Source: Selaginella moellendorffii
Taxonomy: Eukaryota; Plantae; Lycopodiophyta
Direction of reading: 5' to 3'
Length of the DNA: 64,000 bases
NCBI RefSeq assembly: GCF_000143415.4
Contig: NW_003314289.1
Coordinates: 1,358,293-1,422,292 of the forward strand
Shown: positions 1 to 13,260 of the stretch, piece by piece
How the letters are laid out: every line of letters begins with the position of its first letter
How positions within the stretch are numbered: position 1 is the first letter of the stretch
Notes under the pieces: generated by a model
Told to the model about the DNA's origin: nothing
Databases searched by the model: none
What the model saw: only the letters and a program-made list of their open reading frames with translations
Translations under genes and position numbers: made by a program

Positions 1-600
1 CGGAATGTAGAGATTGTCCTGAACACAATGGTGTTGGTCCTGTGTCCAAATTCACAATTTAGTGTCATTCCATATTTAGTAAGCTTTGAGTTAATCCTCT
101 TGGTACTAAGAATGGCTAAGGGTGAAAGCCCAAAGCATGCGTTACTCAAGAAAGGGGGGTTCCAAATGTATAGTAAAAATAGTAGGTAGGTTAGGCATGG
201 ACGACTAACTTGAGGTATAATTTAATTCTTGCTTGCATGCCTATCCTTGTTTTGCATTTAGATTATGTCTAAGCCCAAATTCCACACAATCCTTATTCTT
301 GCATTACGCCATTGGTATATTAAAAAAATGTTAAATTCCATCTGGCTCCATTTTGCATGTTAATCCTAGCATTCGTGCTCTAGTTCCTTCGCTCCTTGGT
401 TGCAAGTTTAGGAATTTAGCTTCATACTTTCATTCAGTGGCCTAAAATTTTGAAACTTAGATTCCACTCTCTTGTTATTAGACATGTGGCATGTGGCACA
501 TGGCATGAGATATATGGCACATAAAAAGTTTATATTCCCCTTCATGGTTATCCTATGGTAAATCATCATAAGGTAAAGGATGAAAACCATATGTGCTACA
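1..600. mobile_element. Degenerate LTR-retrotransposon LTR-like segment (partial, window edge)
   Basis: Colinear diverged direct copy at ~55603-56341; both end in TGTGCTACA (canonical ...CA terminus); CpG-depleted. Confidence 0.55.
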
Positions 601-2369
601 CATGCTTTGAATTACTCATCTTTCCATCCATTTCCCTCCATTATCACATCTTCTTTCACTTTCTATCATTGGGCAATATGTATTTTGTGGAGATTTGAGA
701 AATTTGAAAGTTATGATCTAAATTAAAGTCTTTACTTTGGGTTTTGATTTTTTCTATCTTTCTCTTGCTTTATTTTTTTTAATTGTATTCTCTCACCTTT
801 TCCTATGTTTTTTGTCCCTTTCTCATTCTTTTTTTTGCTAGATGACGAGTCTAATTTGGCTATAAAGTTTCTCACTAGGTTTTTCCCTTTATCTTCAAAT
901 TTTATCTTCTTTATTTTTATATTTTCTCTCTCTAGGTTTTATTGTATCTTGGAGTATAAAGATTCTCTAAATATTCTCTCTAGGGAATATTCCTAGAGTG
1001 TGAGGGAGGATATTCTATATAGGGGTATATACCTTTCTTCTCCTACAAATTAAAGGTATAAGGAGGAGGATGAGTGAGTAATTAATAATATATCTTTGAG
1101 CTGAGGAGTTTCTTGCCATGTTTTGAGTGTGTTTGAGAGTGAGAGGTGTGCTAGTGTCACAAGGACATCCAACTAAAACTTCCAAAATGCAATTTGTTTA
1201 CTTTTAGCCAAGCACAATATAATATGCCATCAAAGACGATATTCAAATGCCCCCTTACAACATTTTGACTGCTATGGTATCCAATATTGGAGCATTTATC
1301 TAAGGATCAAGACAATTGAGCAGCCCTAACCACTCTCTAGATGCAGTAAAATATGGTTTTACATCCTACAAGCCTTAATATTAATCTCCCAATGCAACAT
1401 GATCATCAATTTGCAATAGGGCAAACCACTAACAATCTAGCCTTTACAACATTATGTTGCATATGACCCAGCAACAGTGGAGTGTTTATTAGTAGCAAAC
1501 ACATTCTATTATAAAGAAGGAAGAATGGATAAAAGATGGGTGTTGCAATTGGAATCATATGCATTTTCCTTACATTATACTATTCTTTTATAGGTACTAT
1601 GTTAAATATCAAGCCCCCATCATGCTAATGGACATAGCTAAAGCACAATTAGTGGACAAGGATGTTCTTATTGAAGGTAACTTTCATTCTTGTAGTATAG
1701 ACTATGATGGTCTCAAACAATGATGATATTTTTGGGCTGTAAGATGGTTTTGGGCTAATTTTTTCTAAAGTCTTAAAATTAAACTTCTCAAGAAGTTGTA
1801 CTACTCAAATTTAAAGATAATTAATCCCAAATATCCTAAGATCCTTAACCATTTAGAAAAAAGGATTTTTAGCCCTTTCCTTCTATATTTGAACCTTAAT
1901 AATATGTTTTTTAAATAATTTTTATTTCTTACACCCTTTTATATAACTATGTGAAATTCAGGTGTACTCTAGGTTGGAGCCATAGATTCCTTCAATTGCA
2001 GTATCATTAAATACTAAGTTAGGGCCGTGTAATATTATTAATTTTTCTACACTATATAGACAAGGATCTCATCCTATACTCACTTATCTTCTTTGAATTT
2101 CTTCAAATCAATTACTCACAAGCTATAGTATTATAAAGATTCTTAAGATTCTAGAAATGCCCAATGTTAAAGAGTTGGATATGTTAGATGAACATATATA
2201 ACCTTCTAAAGAGTTTTATGCCACATCTAAGAAGGAATTAAGCCTTTAGAGTAAAAACCAATAATATCTAAGATTTCTTGTTGGTTTGCATAGCTTTGTC
2301 AAAGTCTTTTATGCACTTATTATATATTTTCTAAGCTCAAAAATTAATTCCCTAATTGAAACTAAAATA

Positions 2370-2370
<1 letters not shown>

Positions 2371-2415
<45 letters not shown>
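2371..2415. repeat. (TA)n microsatellite
   Basis: Uninterrupted TA run seen directly. Confidence 0.97.
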
Positions 2416-2422
<7 letters not shown>

Positions 2423-2622
2423 AACACACACACCACTACATATAAACAAAGAAATTATTAAAAATAATACTTATAAATTTAATGATTTGTATTGAATTAA
2501 AGGTACAAAGTGAAGAACTGATCTCAGTTAATTATTTATTCTTAGTCATTTATTTATAATTATTTATTTAAAATTTTCTTTAAAACCCATCTCCACCATT
2601 ACCTTTAAATAATCCATTTTTC

Positions 2623-2976
2623 TTATATTAGACCTCCACCACCTTCTCCACTTCCTGGACCTCCAAGACCTCCACCACCTTCTCCACTTCCTGGACCTCC
2701 AAGACCTCCACCACCTTCTCCACTTCCTGGACCTCCAAGACTTCCACCACCTACTTCACCACCTCTTGGATTTCCACCACCACCACCACCATCACTACCA
2801 CCACATAAATTTGTATCCATATCAGGGTCATCTTTACAAATACTATCAAAACAAGCAATATCTCCTTTACAATCATCATGGCTTGAACAAGATTCGCCAC
2901 ATGTTTTCAGTCTTGCATCTATAACAAAAAATAAACTTATCATCGCAAAGAGCAAAGCATAATTATAAGCCCTCAT
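2623..2976 (-). CDS. Secreted kissper-domain (kiwellin N-terminal-like) protein with Gly-rich tail
   Basis: Signal peptide, then CGESCSSHDDCKGDIACFDSICKDDPDMDTNLC with the 6-Cys spacing and DDP motif of kiwellin's kissper domain; TATAAAAG ~45 bp upstream of the ATG. Confidence 0.75.
   Translation of the reverse strand: MRAYNYALLFAMISLFFVIDARLKTCGESCSSHDDCKGDIACFDSICKDDPDMDTNLCGGSDGGGGGGNPRGGEVGGGSLGGPGSGEGGGGLGGPGSGEGGGGLGGPGSGEGGGGLI
2630..2737. repeat. 36-bp tandem repeat x3 encoding GGPGSGEGGGGL
   Basis: AGACCTCCACCACCTTCTCCACTTCCTGGACCTCCA at 2630, 2666 and 2702. Confidence 0.95.
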
Positions 2977-3779
2977 ATTGAATTAGGAGGTTGATTTCAT
3001 TACTAATCAAACAACCTTCTTTTATACTACAAAAATAATTAATAATTTCTCAATTATCTTGTCTTTTTCTTTATTACTTTGAAATATATTTATATTTAAA
3101 TAAAGTTTTATAATTTTATCAATAAATTATATAAACTATTGCAAACAAAATGTGTTTTTTTTTAAATTAAATATAAAAAGTTATAAAAATATTTATGTGA
3201 AGATGATAACTAAAGGTAAAGACATGTTTTGAGAAAATAATAAAGAGAAAGACAAAGTAATTATATAGTTTAAATAATTTTTGTTTTATTAGCAACCAAC
3301 TACTCTCTTAATTTGAAATGGGCTTATAATTATTTTTCTCTTTGCATAATAAGCTTATTTTTAGTTGTAGAAGAAAACTTCCAATGCATTTGAAATGGGC
3401 TTATAATTTTTTTTCTCTTTGCATAATATAGTTGTAGAAGAATAACTTCCTAGTCTTTTTTTGGAACATTTTCCCTTGCCTATGATCTTTTTTGTTTGTA
3501 AGCTGCTTGTAGTAGTTGTTCTTTCTCCAAGTCTTGCAAGCAGTGGCCAAGTTGATTGCAAGAGAGATATTAAAAAAAATCACAAGAAGACAAAACATTG
3601 ATTTTGTTGCATTGATGGGCACACATTGGATGGTTCAAATTCTAGATTGTTACATTACTTGGGATGGTCAAAAATTTATATAGTGAATTTTAAGGTAAAG
3701 TGTTGGATTATTTAAATCTAACAGTTGAAACTTTACACAGCTGTGCTCATGTGTGAGGCATGAATTCAAACTAATCCTC

Positions 3780-6550
3780 TTAAATTAAGTTCAATAAAAA
3801 CTATTATACTTAATGTGTATTCTAACAATGCATATCCTAAATGCTGAATTGGTATGGTGTGCAATTTGTAAGGCACACAACACTTGACGGTGTGATATGC
3901 CACCATTGCCAATTGGCACTATCTGATTAGTTCTTTGGTATATGAGTTTCTTATATACATGGATGATGCTTTGATGGGTATCTGTAATGGAAACCATGAG
4001 TCATAGAATGTATGCATGGATACCATATACATTCATAGCATTCATCAGTCATGAGTTCTTCCAAGCTTATGTGTTCCAAACCTAAAGGTAGGGATTGGTC
4101 TTTGGTTAGGGTCCAGATGCAAGGCATGTTGACTGCAGTGGCATATTTGGATGTGAAGATTTTTGCTACACAATTTTATGCCCTTTAGTTTATATATTAT
4201 CCTCCCATTTGTAGTTTGGTTCAATCCATAAATAAGAATAAGGCTGTTGACAAGTATAGGAGATTCAGAATGAGTAAGCTTATATATAGTTAAATTGAAT
4301 CTCTAACCTATGTGAGATGCAAGATGAGGACACTTTATCCCTCTTCATCTTTGCTTCTAACACTGCCTTCAATGTTGAAAAAGTGATGTTCTCTCGTAAG
4401 AAGAAATTTCCCACTTTTGCTCGTCTCACTAATTTTTTAAAATTTACATACATTTGAGACCTCTTTATCTATAAGAGGATTTTGCTAGTCTAGATGCATG
4501 TACCACCTGGTTACATGTCAAGATTTCTTGAGATAAAAACTACAAGGTACCTAACAAATTATCTCAAAATTACAAGGCCAATGTTATAGAATCCCAAATT
4601 AGAGGGGAATATAAAACAGATTACCAGTAGAGGAGGTTTTGAGTCAGGTATGGACTAATGTAACTATGAATTATACCGGCATAAAGTGGAGTGCTATCAA
4701 CTTCCAATCTAGTTGTCAAATAGTAGGTTATAGATTCAACTACTAACAAGTTTGTGAAACATTGGGAATGCATGATTTGGCTTGGCTATAGCAAAGGCAT
4801 CTATTTAGAATTCCAAGATAGATTGACACAAATGTGAATCCTTATGTGCTGTGCCATATAGACTATGAGTAAATTTCCTTGTAGTAATTTGTGATTTACA
4901 TACTCATTGTGCCAGCATATTACAAGCTTGTATCTTATAGATTCTACATTCATGCTTTGATATGTGGAGCAACTCATTACATAACTACTTGCAAGCTCAA
5001 AAAAAATAGATGCAATTTTCAACACATATATGCAGTTTGTATGTAGATTTGGCCAGCCCAAATGAATTAGGAGTGATAATGCTCATAAACGTAATGCAGT
5101 AGAGAATGATATGGTATGTTATTGGGGTCCTCAAGTCAAGTGTTTTATTCACGGGACTTTGACAAAAACCTAGATCTACCTTCAATATTCTTTTTCACAA
5201 CTTCAATACTTTTCAGCAAGACTCCTAGACATTAGAGATTCCTTTGGCACTCTTCTATATGGGATGCTAGAGAGAGTGCATTCATTAGCTTTGAGCTTTC
5301 CACTCATGTAACTTTTAAAGGCAACACCACTTTGTGTGACCCCAAACTTCTAAAGGCAATCTAGGATGACCCTAGCTTGTCATCAGTGCCCTCCTCTATC
5401 ATTCAAGATTACTTAGGTACAATATGGCTTTTGGGGTAGCAATGCACATTTTAGGCTTCACTTTGACATCCATAACGACTTGGCTCAGCCAATTCTAGCA
5501 TGGCATGTGTTGGAGTTTCTAGCCTTCTTAGGCTTGGAAAGACATCATCATGCAAGGCCTTACTCCACCACCATCTACACTTGTAGTGACTTCTTTTTCA
5601 TTCTCTTTGTTTTTTTATTTTCTCCAGCTTTTTCTTTTCTTTGTTCTTTCACTTTGTTTTTTTTATTGTCCTAGATTCATCATAAAGTAGATTTGTGCTT
5701 GGTCATAATTTCTCTATGTGGCATTAATCTTGATTGTTTGGAAGCTCAAGTTTTTCTAAGTTTTACTATTGATATTCAACTTTGTCTTTACATCACTTCC
5801 ATCACATTTTCCCTCCCATTTCTCTACACTTTTCATAGTCATTATTTGCATTTCTATTCATTATCTACACCATTGCCCGTTCTTTCCACATTAACTCTTT
5901 CATCTTTCCAATACCATGGTTTAGTTTAGCATTCTTCAGTGTTTTACAAGCATAGAGTATTCACATAGATAGCCTTCATCATTTAGCAAAGTTTCCATAG
6001 GAGATACACAATCAACTCCAACTTATAGTAGTAACCTTCTTGAACACTACAATGTAAAAGTGGAAGCAAAAGCTTTTAGTGGCTGGTTAAGCCTTATGCA
6101 CAAACATCCAGGTATGTTCCACAGTATAGTTATTTTCCCTCCCATTTCTATTAATTTCTAGTAACTTCTTCAGGTAAAGGTTTTTAGTTTGCAACATTCC
6201 AATATATCATTGTAGAGAGTTCTAATTTTGGCAAGATTCAATTGGTTGTTTTGGAAAGTTCTTCATTATAGATTGTGCCTGACATCCTTCTTGACCAATC
6301 ATTGGTATTTCCATACCTTGAGGCACTCATTTTTCCACCCATTTCCCTCCATTATCACACTTTTTTGCACTTTTCATCATTGAGCAACACAATTCCTTAC
6401 CATGGCAAAGCTTTAGGAGACTTGTGGTATTTCTTGGAGGTTTAAGAAATTTAGAGGCTGTGATCCAAGTTAAAATCTCTACTTGCAAGCATAGTGCAAT
6501 ATACCATCTAAAACCATATTCAAAAACCCTATTATAACATTCCAACTGCC
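3780..6550 (-). mobile_element. Highly decayed Ty3/gypsy gag-pol remnant
   Basis: Fragmentary RT-like motifs (KVDL.., ..PNSFGLAKS.., resembling SKIDL and MPFGL.NAP) near 5000-5200; RNase H-like stretch near 4400; many stops. Confidence 0.55.
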
Positions 6551-6929
6551 ATTATGTCCAAGGATCACTAATTAAATAACCTCATGTTTAATATTATTAA
6601 ATAATCCAATTGATCAATAATTATAAACATGTTTATAAGTTAAAATCAAGATTAATATTATTGTATATCAACCATTAAATAGTAGAAAAAATAAAATATA
6701 CTAGGAAGTGTTTAAGAAAGTTTATAAACTATAAATAAAATATAAAAAACTTAATTTGAATGTGCTTAAAATACTCAAGCATATTCTAGATATATCCAGT
6801 AGTACCCTAGTCCCTTACTAGTCTAGTTATTAAAGACTAGTCCAAAAATTCATTTTGCAACCTTTTCAATGGGTTGAAGTATGGTTTGTTAATTGAGAGT
6901 TTAGTTGGTTATGTGGGGGGGGGAGCTAA

Positions 6930-7930
6930 GTGTATTCCATTTTACTTTAGTCACTTGACCACATTTTTAACCATTTAGAAAAGTTTTAATTACAACCTTT
7001 ATAAATCTTTATCCCAACTTAGAGTATTTGCTGAGACCCCAAAAGTGGCTTTCAAGCTACATTACCTTCACATTTGGTCTAAGTGCTTTATGTGTCTGAG
7101 TCCCACTATAAGCATTTAAAAGCACCACTAACATCTTAGCCCATTATGTTAAGGATATGTTCATCCACACTTGTCTCATTAGTAGTCTAAGGCAATTAAC
7201 ACCACATTTTCATCTTTTGAAGACTAAGCCATCTATTCATAAATGGTCATTCTATAACCATATTTTAACATCCTTAGGATGCCTCAAAATATAAGGAACA
7301 CCATCCCCTAATATCCTTTTTTCAATCCTTATAAATTCCCTTTCCATCTATAAAAGTGCTCACTAATACCACCACTTAGTTAAAGCCTAAAGGCCCTTCC
7401 ACTAAATCCCACTAATCTTTAGGACTTCTTCACCATGTAACCATCCCTACCATTTATATTCCTTTTTATAGTTTAGGGCTTCCCTAGCCTAAAGTAAGCC
7501 TTATGAATACTCCCTTCAGCTTTTGCCATTAAAGTGCCGTAGCCATATGGCTAGAACAAGGTCTTGATAAGCCATACAAGGTATTTAAATAAGCAATACC
7601 ACCTACACTTAGATTGAGAATATTGATCATTCAATCTCCTTGGGGAGTTAAAGTCAACTCTTGAACACTTTACCAAGTCACTTCACTTTTCCATCCATGC
7701 TCACTCTAATTGTGGACTCTCTAGTGTTTGTATCATCACCCACCACGTGGGTATAACTTTCTCGGCCTCATTGACCTTCTTTGGCCATATTATTAGAGTT
7801 CTTTCCCGTTTTACCAAACCGTTTAAAGTCTAGGAAATGATAACTTTGGGCTTTCACTCTCAAATTCAAACTTGGACTTAAACTTGGTTTTGGTCTTGGT
7901 CTCGGTCTCAATCTTGGTCTTGGTCTCAGC
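6930..7930 (-). mobile_element. Decayed retroelement-internal repeat, inverted homologue of ~56800-58040
   Basis: Reverse complement of ~7000-7080 aligns with ~57900-57985; similarity continues over about 1 kb. Confidence 0.55.
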
Positions 7931-8149
7931 ACCAAACATAATTTCTCAGATAAAATATGATATCACAACACTTAGTAAAACCTAGGCTCACCTGCCAGAA
8001 TTGCCAAGGTTTGCTCTCTTCTCAACTTGGGAGCCATTATAGATCTAGAGGCATTGCAGTCTATGCACAAAGAATGTCCCTCCCCTCTTTACAGCTTTTG
8101 GAAATAGATCCAGATCACCACTACATACCATTAAGGTTGTAGCTCCAAA

Positions 8150-8790
8150 CCCATAAAGATGCTGTCATAATCTTCTATTACTTCCCTACCAGCTGAATTC
8201 ATGAGCAGCTAGAGCCTTATACCTATAGATGCACTAGAATTACTAAAATGAAATGGTGATCCTTTGATGACCAAGCTTCTTGATTGCAGACATGATGCCA
8301 AGGTGGTGAACCTCAGGGATATGAATGCCTACACTAGGAGTTCAGAAGTTACACTTGGCGATGAAGAGGGAAACCCTAGCCCAACCATGGCAGGAAAAAA
8401 ACTTATGGAGACATGCTTGACATATGACTTGATTATCCTCAATGGTACACTACCATGGCCACACATAGAGCAATATACATGTCAGGCCAATCAAGGGAAT
8501 AGTACCATGGATTACACCCTCATAGACCACACCTTGGTACCTAAGGTGATGGATTTCCATCTCCAAACATGCCTGATCTAGAAATGGCAGATCATGCTCC
8601 ATAGGGAGTATCCTTGAGGATACCATCTGTCATCACTGCTCCAAGAGAACTTTCAACCTCCATCACATATAAATTGATAGATGATTGCTATGAAGTGTAT
8701 GCAAAATGGGTACAAGATCTCTGGAAGGCCTCAGCCCCTATCACACAGCAAGAAGAGTATACAAAACTCTTGGTTAGTGGCTTAATTCAC
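8150..8790 (+). mobile_element. LINE ORF2 endonuclease (EEP) remnant, 5' part of an interrupted LINE
   Basis: DMNA..., G-K-K-L..C....LIILNG, GNSTMDY and ADHAP motifs typical of non-LTR EEP domains. Confidence 0.75.
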
Positions 8791-8794
8791 TTTT

Positions 8795-8825
8795 CCATGG
8801 CACCTCCCATTAAACACCATCCTAA

Positions 8826-8866
<41 letters not shown>

Positions 8867-11330
8867 CCTGGCATTGATGTGGCATTAGGCCTTCTTTTTG
8901 TTTTTTCTCCAATGCACTCCCTCTCCCATCCATCGCTGCTATGCCCTCCTGCCCTTGGCTATCGCCCGACTGCAGCTCCCGCCCACCTGACCACACTCCT
9001 GCCCACCCACCGCCTGCCCACATGTCTGCCCACGCCCAACATGCACCCTAATTATTTCTGCATGGCCACAGACCCAACACTTAACCAAATTTCAATCATG
9101 CATGGATGCCTTTCTACATGGCCAATGCCAAACACTTTTGGTGTCATGGATGACCATGATCACTAGCTATGGTATTATGAAATCTTCTCACTAATTTAAA
9201 GATAAGCAATGCAAGTATGTAAAGAGTTTGTTTTTATATTTATTCTTTGCTAAGATTAAATTTTTTGTTTAAAGAGTTTTTCTTTCTTGTCTTCCTATAC
9301 CTAGTTAAAGAAGTTGCTTTTGACTACTAAAAGCTTTTCTTTTACTTATAATTCTTTCCACCAAAGGTTTTTGCCTGTTTCAAGGATGTACCATAACTAT
9401 CAATGTGCTGTTGAAATTCTGTTGAAAAAAAAAAAAAAAAGCTTCTTCATAGATACAAAAGTTTCTTCATCAGAAAGATTTTGTAAGATATCCATCATCT
9501 TTTGCTACAATATCATTTTTGTAACTTTTGATGGAGTGATATTTTCCTGCTCAATATCTAAAATTTGTTTAGTGTAAATTACCTCTATAGTAATCTTTAG
9601 CTGAATTTCTTGTTGATGTTGTATATTTCGATAGATATCTTTCTACTTAAAATTCATATATATTAGTATATAAAATATGCTAGTTTACCTCTATTGTTGT
9701 CCCTAACTGAATTTTTTGCTCATAATAAACATTTTGATAGATATTTTCCTGCTCAAATTTTTATAAGAATTTTAAAATTTTAATTAATAAGTAAATTACC
9801 TCTATCATAGCTTCCAAGTCAAGTGCTTTAAAATCTTTATAAAAATAAAATATAACTTTATATAAAAGAAAAATAAATAAATTATATCATATCAAATTAA
9901 TTACCTTATAGCATTAATCTCTATTTCAACATCATCAATCATTATTGTATATGGTTTCCAATCTGACATATGAAGTTAAAACCCATGCAATTGGAATGCC
10001 ATTTCCATGATAATCAAAAGCAAACATAGTGTATAATGGGAACTATAAATTATTAAATATTATTGACTTAAAAAAAATAAAAAATTTTACCTTGTAGTGA
10101 TTAGTTCCAAAAGTTGCATCAAGATTCAAAAAAATATTATTTACAAATTCTACCATCTTTTGCAACTGCCAAGTTGTTTGAATCTCAATGGTAAAACAAT
10201 CTTTACTTTGATCACCTTTTTTATAGAAAAATATTTTCTCAGGATTTATGTTCTTCCAAATACGTACACTTTATGCATCATTCTTATGTATTCGATAAGT
10301 TGAAAGTAAATACTTCCTATACAAATTATTGATATCCTACATAGTTAGAAAATCATCTCAACAAGGAAGTTCACTAGCTGATTTGTTCCTTCCTACAATC
10401 TATATATTCTCATTATAAATCTGATTGAAATCTTGTTGGATCATATGAATCACCCAATTTCAAATATCTACTGAAAGCTTTTAAGAAAATAATGATTTTC
10501 CTCCAATTGAATCAAGTTGACCATGAAAAAGAATCCCATTCTTATCAAAATGCTCTCTATAATAATATGTAATCTGCACATAATCAAGCTATTTGTAAAT
10601 TTGTTTGACTAAAAAATTGCAAAGTCACCTTTGCTTATTAAAACTTTGACTTGGTCTACTTCCAGATCCTGACTTTGGTGTAGATTTAGCAAATGTTTCA
10701 TAAGAATCTTGTTTTCTATATTCATACCAATACCTGTGTCAAAAAGTTAATAATTATAATTTGTTAAAAAAAATATACCTGATTAATGATAAAAAGTTTG
10801 TGTTTTTGGGTCATTTTAAATCTCTAGAATTATGATTTTTGTTGGAAAATCACTAAAAATCCACTCCATCATCCCTTCTCCTCTCACCATTAAAAACTTA
10901 TTTACATCCTTGTATAATATATACACAATAAGAGTTATAGTTTCATTTGATTTAGACAAAATCCAATCTAAATCATCTGCACAAAAATAATCCTTTTCAT
11001 GAAATTCTTTCACTTCATCAAGCTTAAATGATTTTCTTGAATCAATATGAAGTTGAATTGATTATTTACCTCTGAAAATTGATGTGCTACCACCATGCTT
11101 GATTGTGGAAGAAATAGAAGTCAATTATAAGGGCAACTAGGCATGAATTTGGCTGTGGAAATAATTAGGGTGCATGCTGGGTGTGGGCAGACGTGCATGT
11201 GGGCGAGTGCAGTGGTGATGGATGGGAGAGGGAGTGCACTGGAGAAAAAACAAAAAGAAGGCCTGATGCCACATCACTGCCAGATAAGTGGAGCGAGAGT
11301 GAATCAGAATGGTGTTTAACAGGAGGCTCC
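8795..11330 (-). mobile_element. Mutator-like (MULE) DNA transposon remnant with long terminal inverted repeats
   Basis: ~8800-9060 is an inverted repeat of ~11145-11330; the internal minus strand encodes FPLYTMFAFDYHGNGIPIAWVLTS and WKPYTIMIDDVEIEINAI (MULE DDE-domain motifs, ~9905-10045). Confidence 0.75.
8830..8863. repeat. (CT)n microsatellite inside the left TIR
   Basis: CT run seen directly; not expanded in the right TIR. Confidence 0.95.
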
Positions 11331-11419
11331 CACTACAGAGAGTTGGGGAACCTAAGATGGCATTGAGTGGAGTGCCATGGAAGCCTCCCATTAATGACAT
11401 TCTAGGTTCCCCAACTCCC

Positions 11420-13260
11420 TGTGGTGGGATGAGAATGCCAAAAATGGCATGCATTAAAGAAGCAGAAAGCTAGACAAGAAACACCTGATGGCTGGGAGGG
11501 GCACCATATCTTCAAGAAACGAGCTTTTCTGGCTAAAAAGAATGCAAACAATGTACAACAGCTCCAATCAACACCAGCGACTGCCTATAAACTTTTCTGA
11601 AAGCCTACCAAGAAGATTTTAGTGATAGACATGGAGACTTGGGTACCTTTGCCAACTCTACAGTGGATGGAAGCAACCTTGATTTCACTATTGAAGAGCT
11701 GGCTTGAGCCATTGGGGATTTTCCACTACACATAAGCCTGGATGTTCATGGCCTAATGGCCAAGCTTCTCCAGGCATGTGATAGAGGCTTTTTTGCACAG
11801 GTTCTAGCAATTATCTTTAATGACATTCTTTGCAATGAATTTCTAAGACAATGGAAGAGTGGAGATACGAACTACCATACCATAATGGTCTCTTTGATCC
11901 TCCAAACTCTTTGCCCACATGGTGGAGAAACATCTCGTAAACTAGAGTGAGCAGCGAGAGAAACGTGCAATGGCCCAGGCAGGTTTCCAGCCACAATACA
12001 CTTTTGTGGATCACTTAATCATTAATATGTTGCTTCATTGATTTCAAGAAAGCTTTCAATACAGATCGGCTGGAAGTACTCGAGAATCTAGGCTATTTCG
12101 GCTTTGTACAAAGTTATTCTCGCTGACATTGCTGGTCAAGAATCGAGCACCAGCACCACTGCACAAAGCAAGGATGCCCACTTTCCCCAACTCTCTTTGG
12201 TTTATATATCAACAAGATTGAGGCTCTCTTTCTTGATCACCATCTATCAGAGATCCAAATGGCAGGACCTGTAATTCTATCTACTTCTGTACGTAGACAA
12301 CCTACTACTACTTGCCTCCACCCGCACCATACTTCAGAGATAACAAGAGGTCCTTGCCATGTTTTTCAATAACACAGACTTGGCTGTAAATTGGAGGCAT
12401 ACAAGTACCTTAGCTATGTAGTACATCAATGTAATCTCTGGTGTGCATGGGTAATTGACCATATCAACACAGCTTGCAAAGCATACCACACCCTCCAAAG
12501 TGATTTCTGTACCATGGGAATCTACTGTTGGGACACTGAACATCAATATTTCATGGCAAAAGTCACAACAGTCTTGATGTACAGTGGAGAAGTATGAGGA
12601 CCTGGTCTGACCAAGGACCTTTGGAGGAAAGTTGAGAAGATTCATTGGACAACTGAATTCGGATGCCTGAAGGTATCTTGTGGGTTATGTCTATGGAATC
12701 TGGCATCCTACTCCAAGTTTGGAAGAATACTATGCAATATGTTCTACGTCGACTCACACACCTGGATGAAGACAACCTTGCAAAGTTTGCTGTTTTAGAC
12801 TGGACAATCAACATCAACTTGGATGGTGGCACAACTGGACACAGTCACGGAGATGGAGCTTAGTGATCTCCTTCTGGAAAATATAGCTTATGTCCATACG
12901 CTATAAATGGAAAAAGCATTTAAGACATGGCTGCAAGGGGCTGATAGAGCTCAACACAGTTTTTACAGATACCACGTAAAAGTTGTCGACTGATCAGCCT
13001 CTTGGACGGAAACACAGGAAGTTGCAGCATATCGAACTAGAGGGCATCGATTGTATTCAGTAGTTGGGGAATGGTTTTGCCTTCCAATCCCATGGGAAGG
13101 ACGACTCTGCCAGGAGGTGAAGACAGTGGTACTACACACAATTGTCTAGCTTTTACACACATTCGGCAACAATCACACCTCCCACAAGCTGGTGCAACAG
13201 CTCTCCTCAATCAAGGAAGTGGCTATATTTTTCTTTCTCTCCAAATTCTTTCCCTAAATA
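11420..13260 (+). mobile_element. LINE ORF2 reverse-transcriptase remnant, 3' part
   Basis: WWDE.CQKW, QAGF, FIDFKKAF, QGCPLSPTLFGLYI, LLLYVDN and YKYL motifs across frameshifts. Confidence 0.8.

Noticed and set aside
1200-1720. Exon-like decayed sequence (e.g. YYKEGRMDKRWVLQLES; YQAPIMLMDIAKAQLVDKDVLIEG)
   Set aside because: Has splice-like flanks but many stops, and no family I can recognise
3300-3622. Signal-peptide-like minus ORF with a duplicated ~40-bp motif (3312/3390)
   Set aside because: AT-rich, frameshifted, no recognisable domain
11331-11338. CACTACAG as a CACTA transposon terminus
   Set aside because: No convincing distal TAGTG end or 3-bp TSD; internal motifs point to MULE
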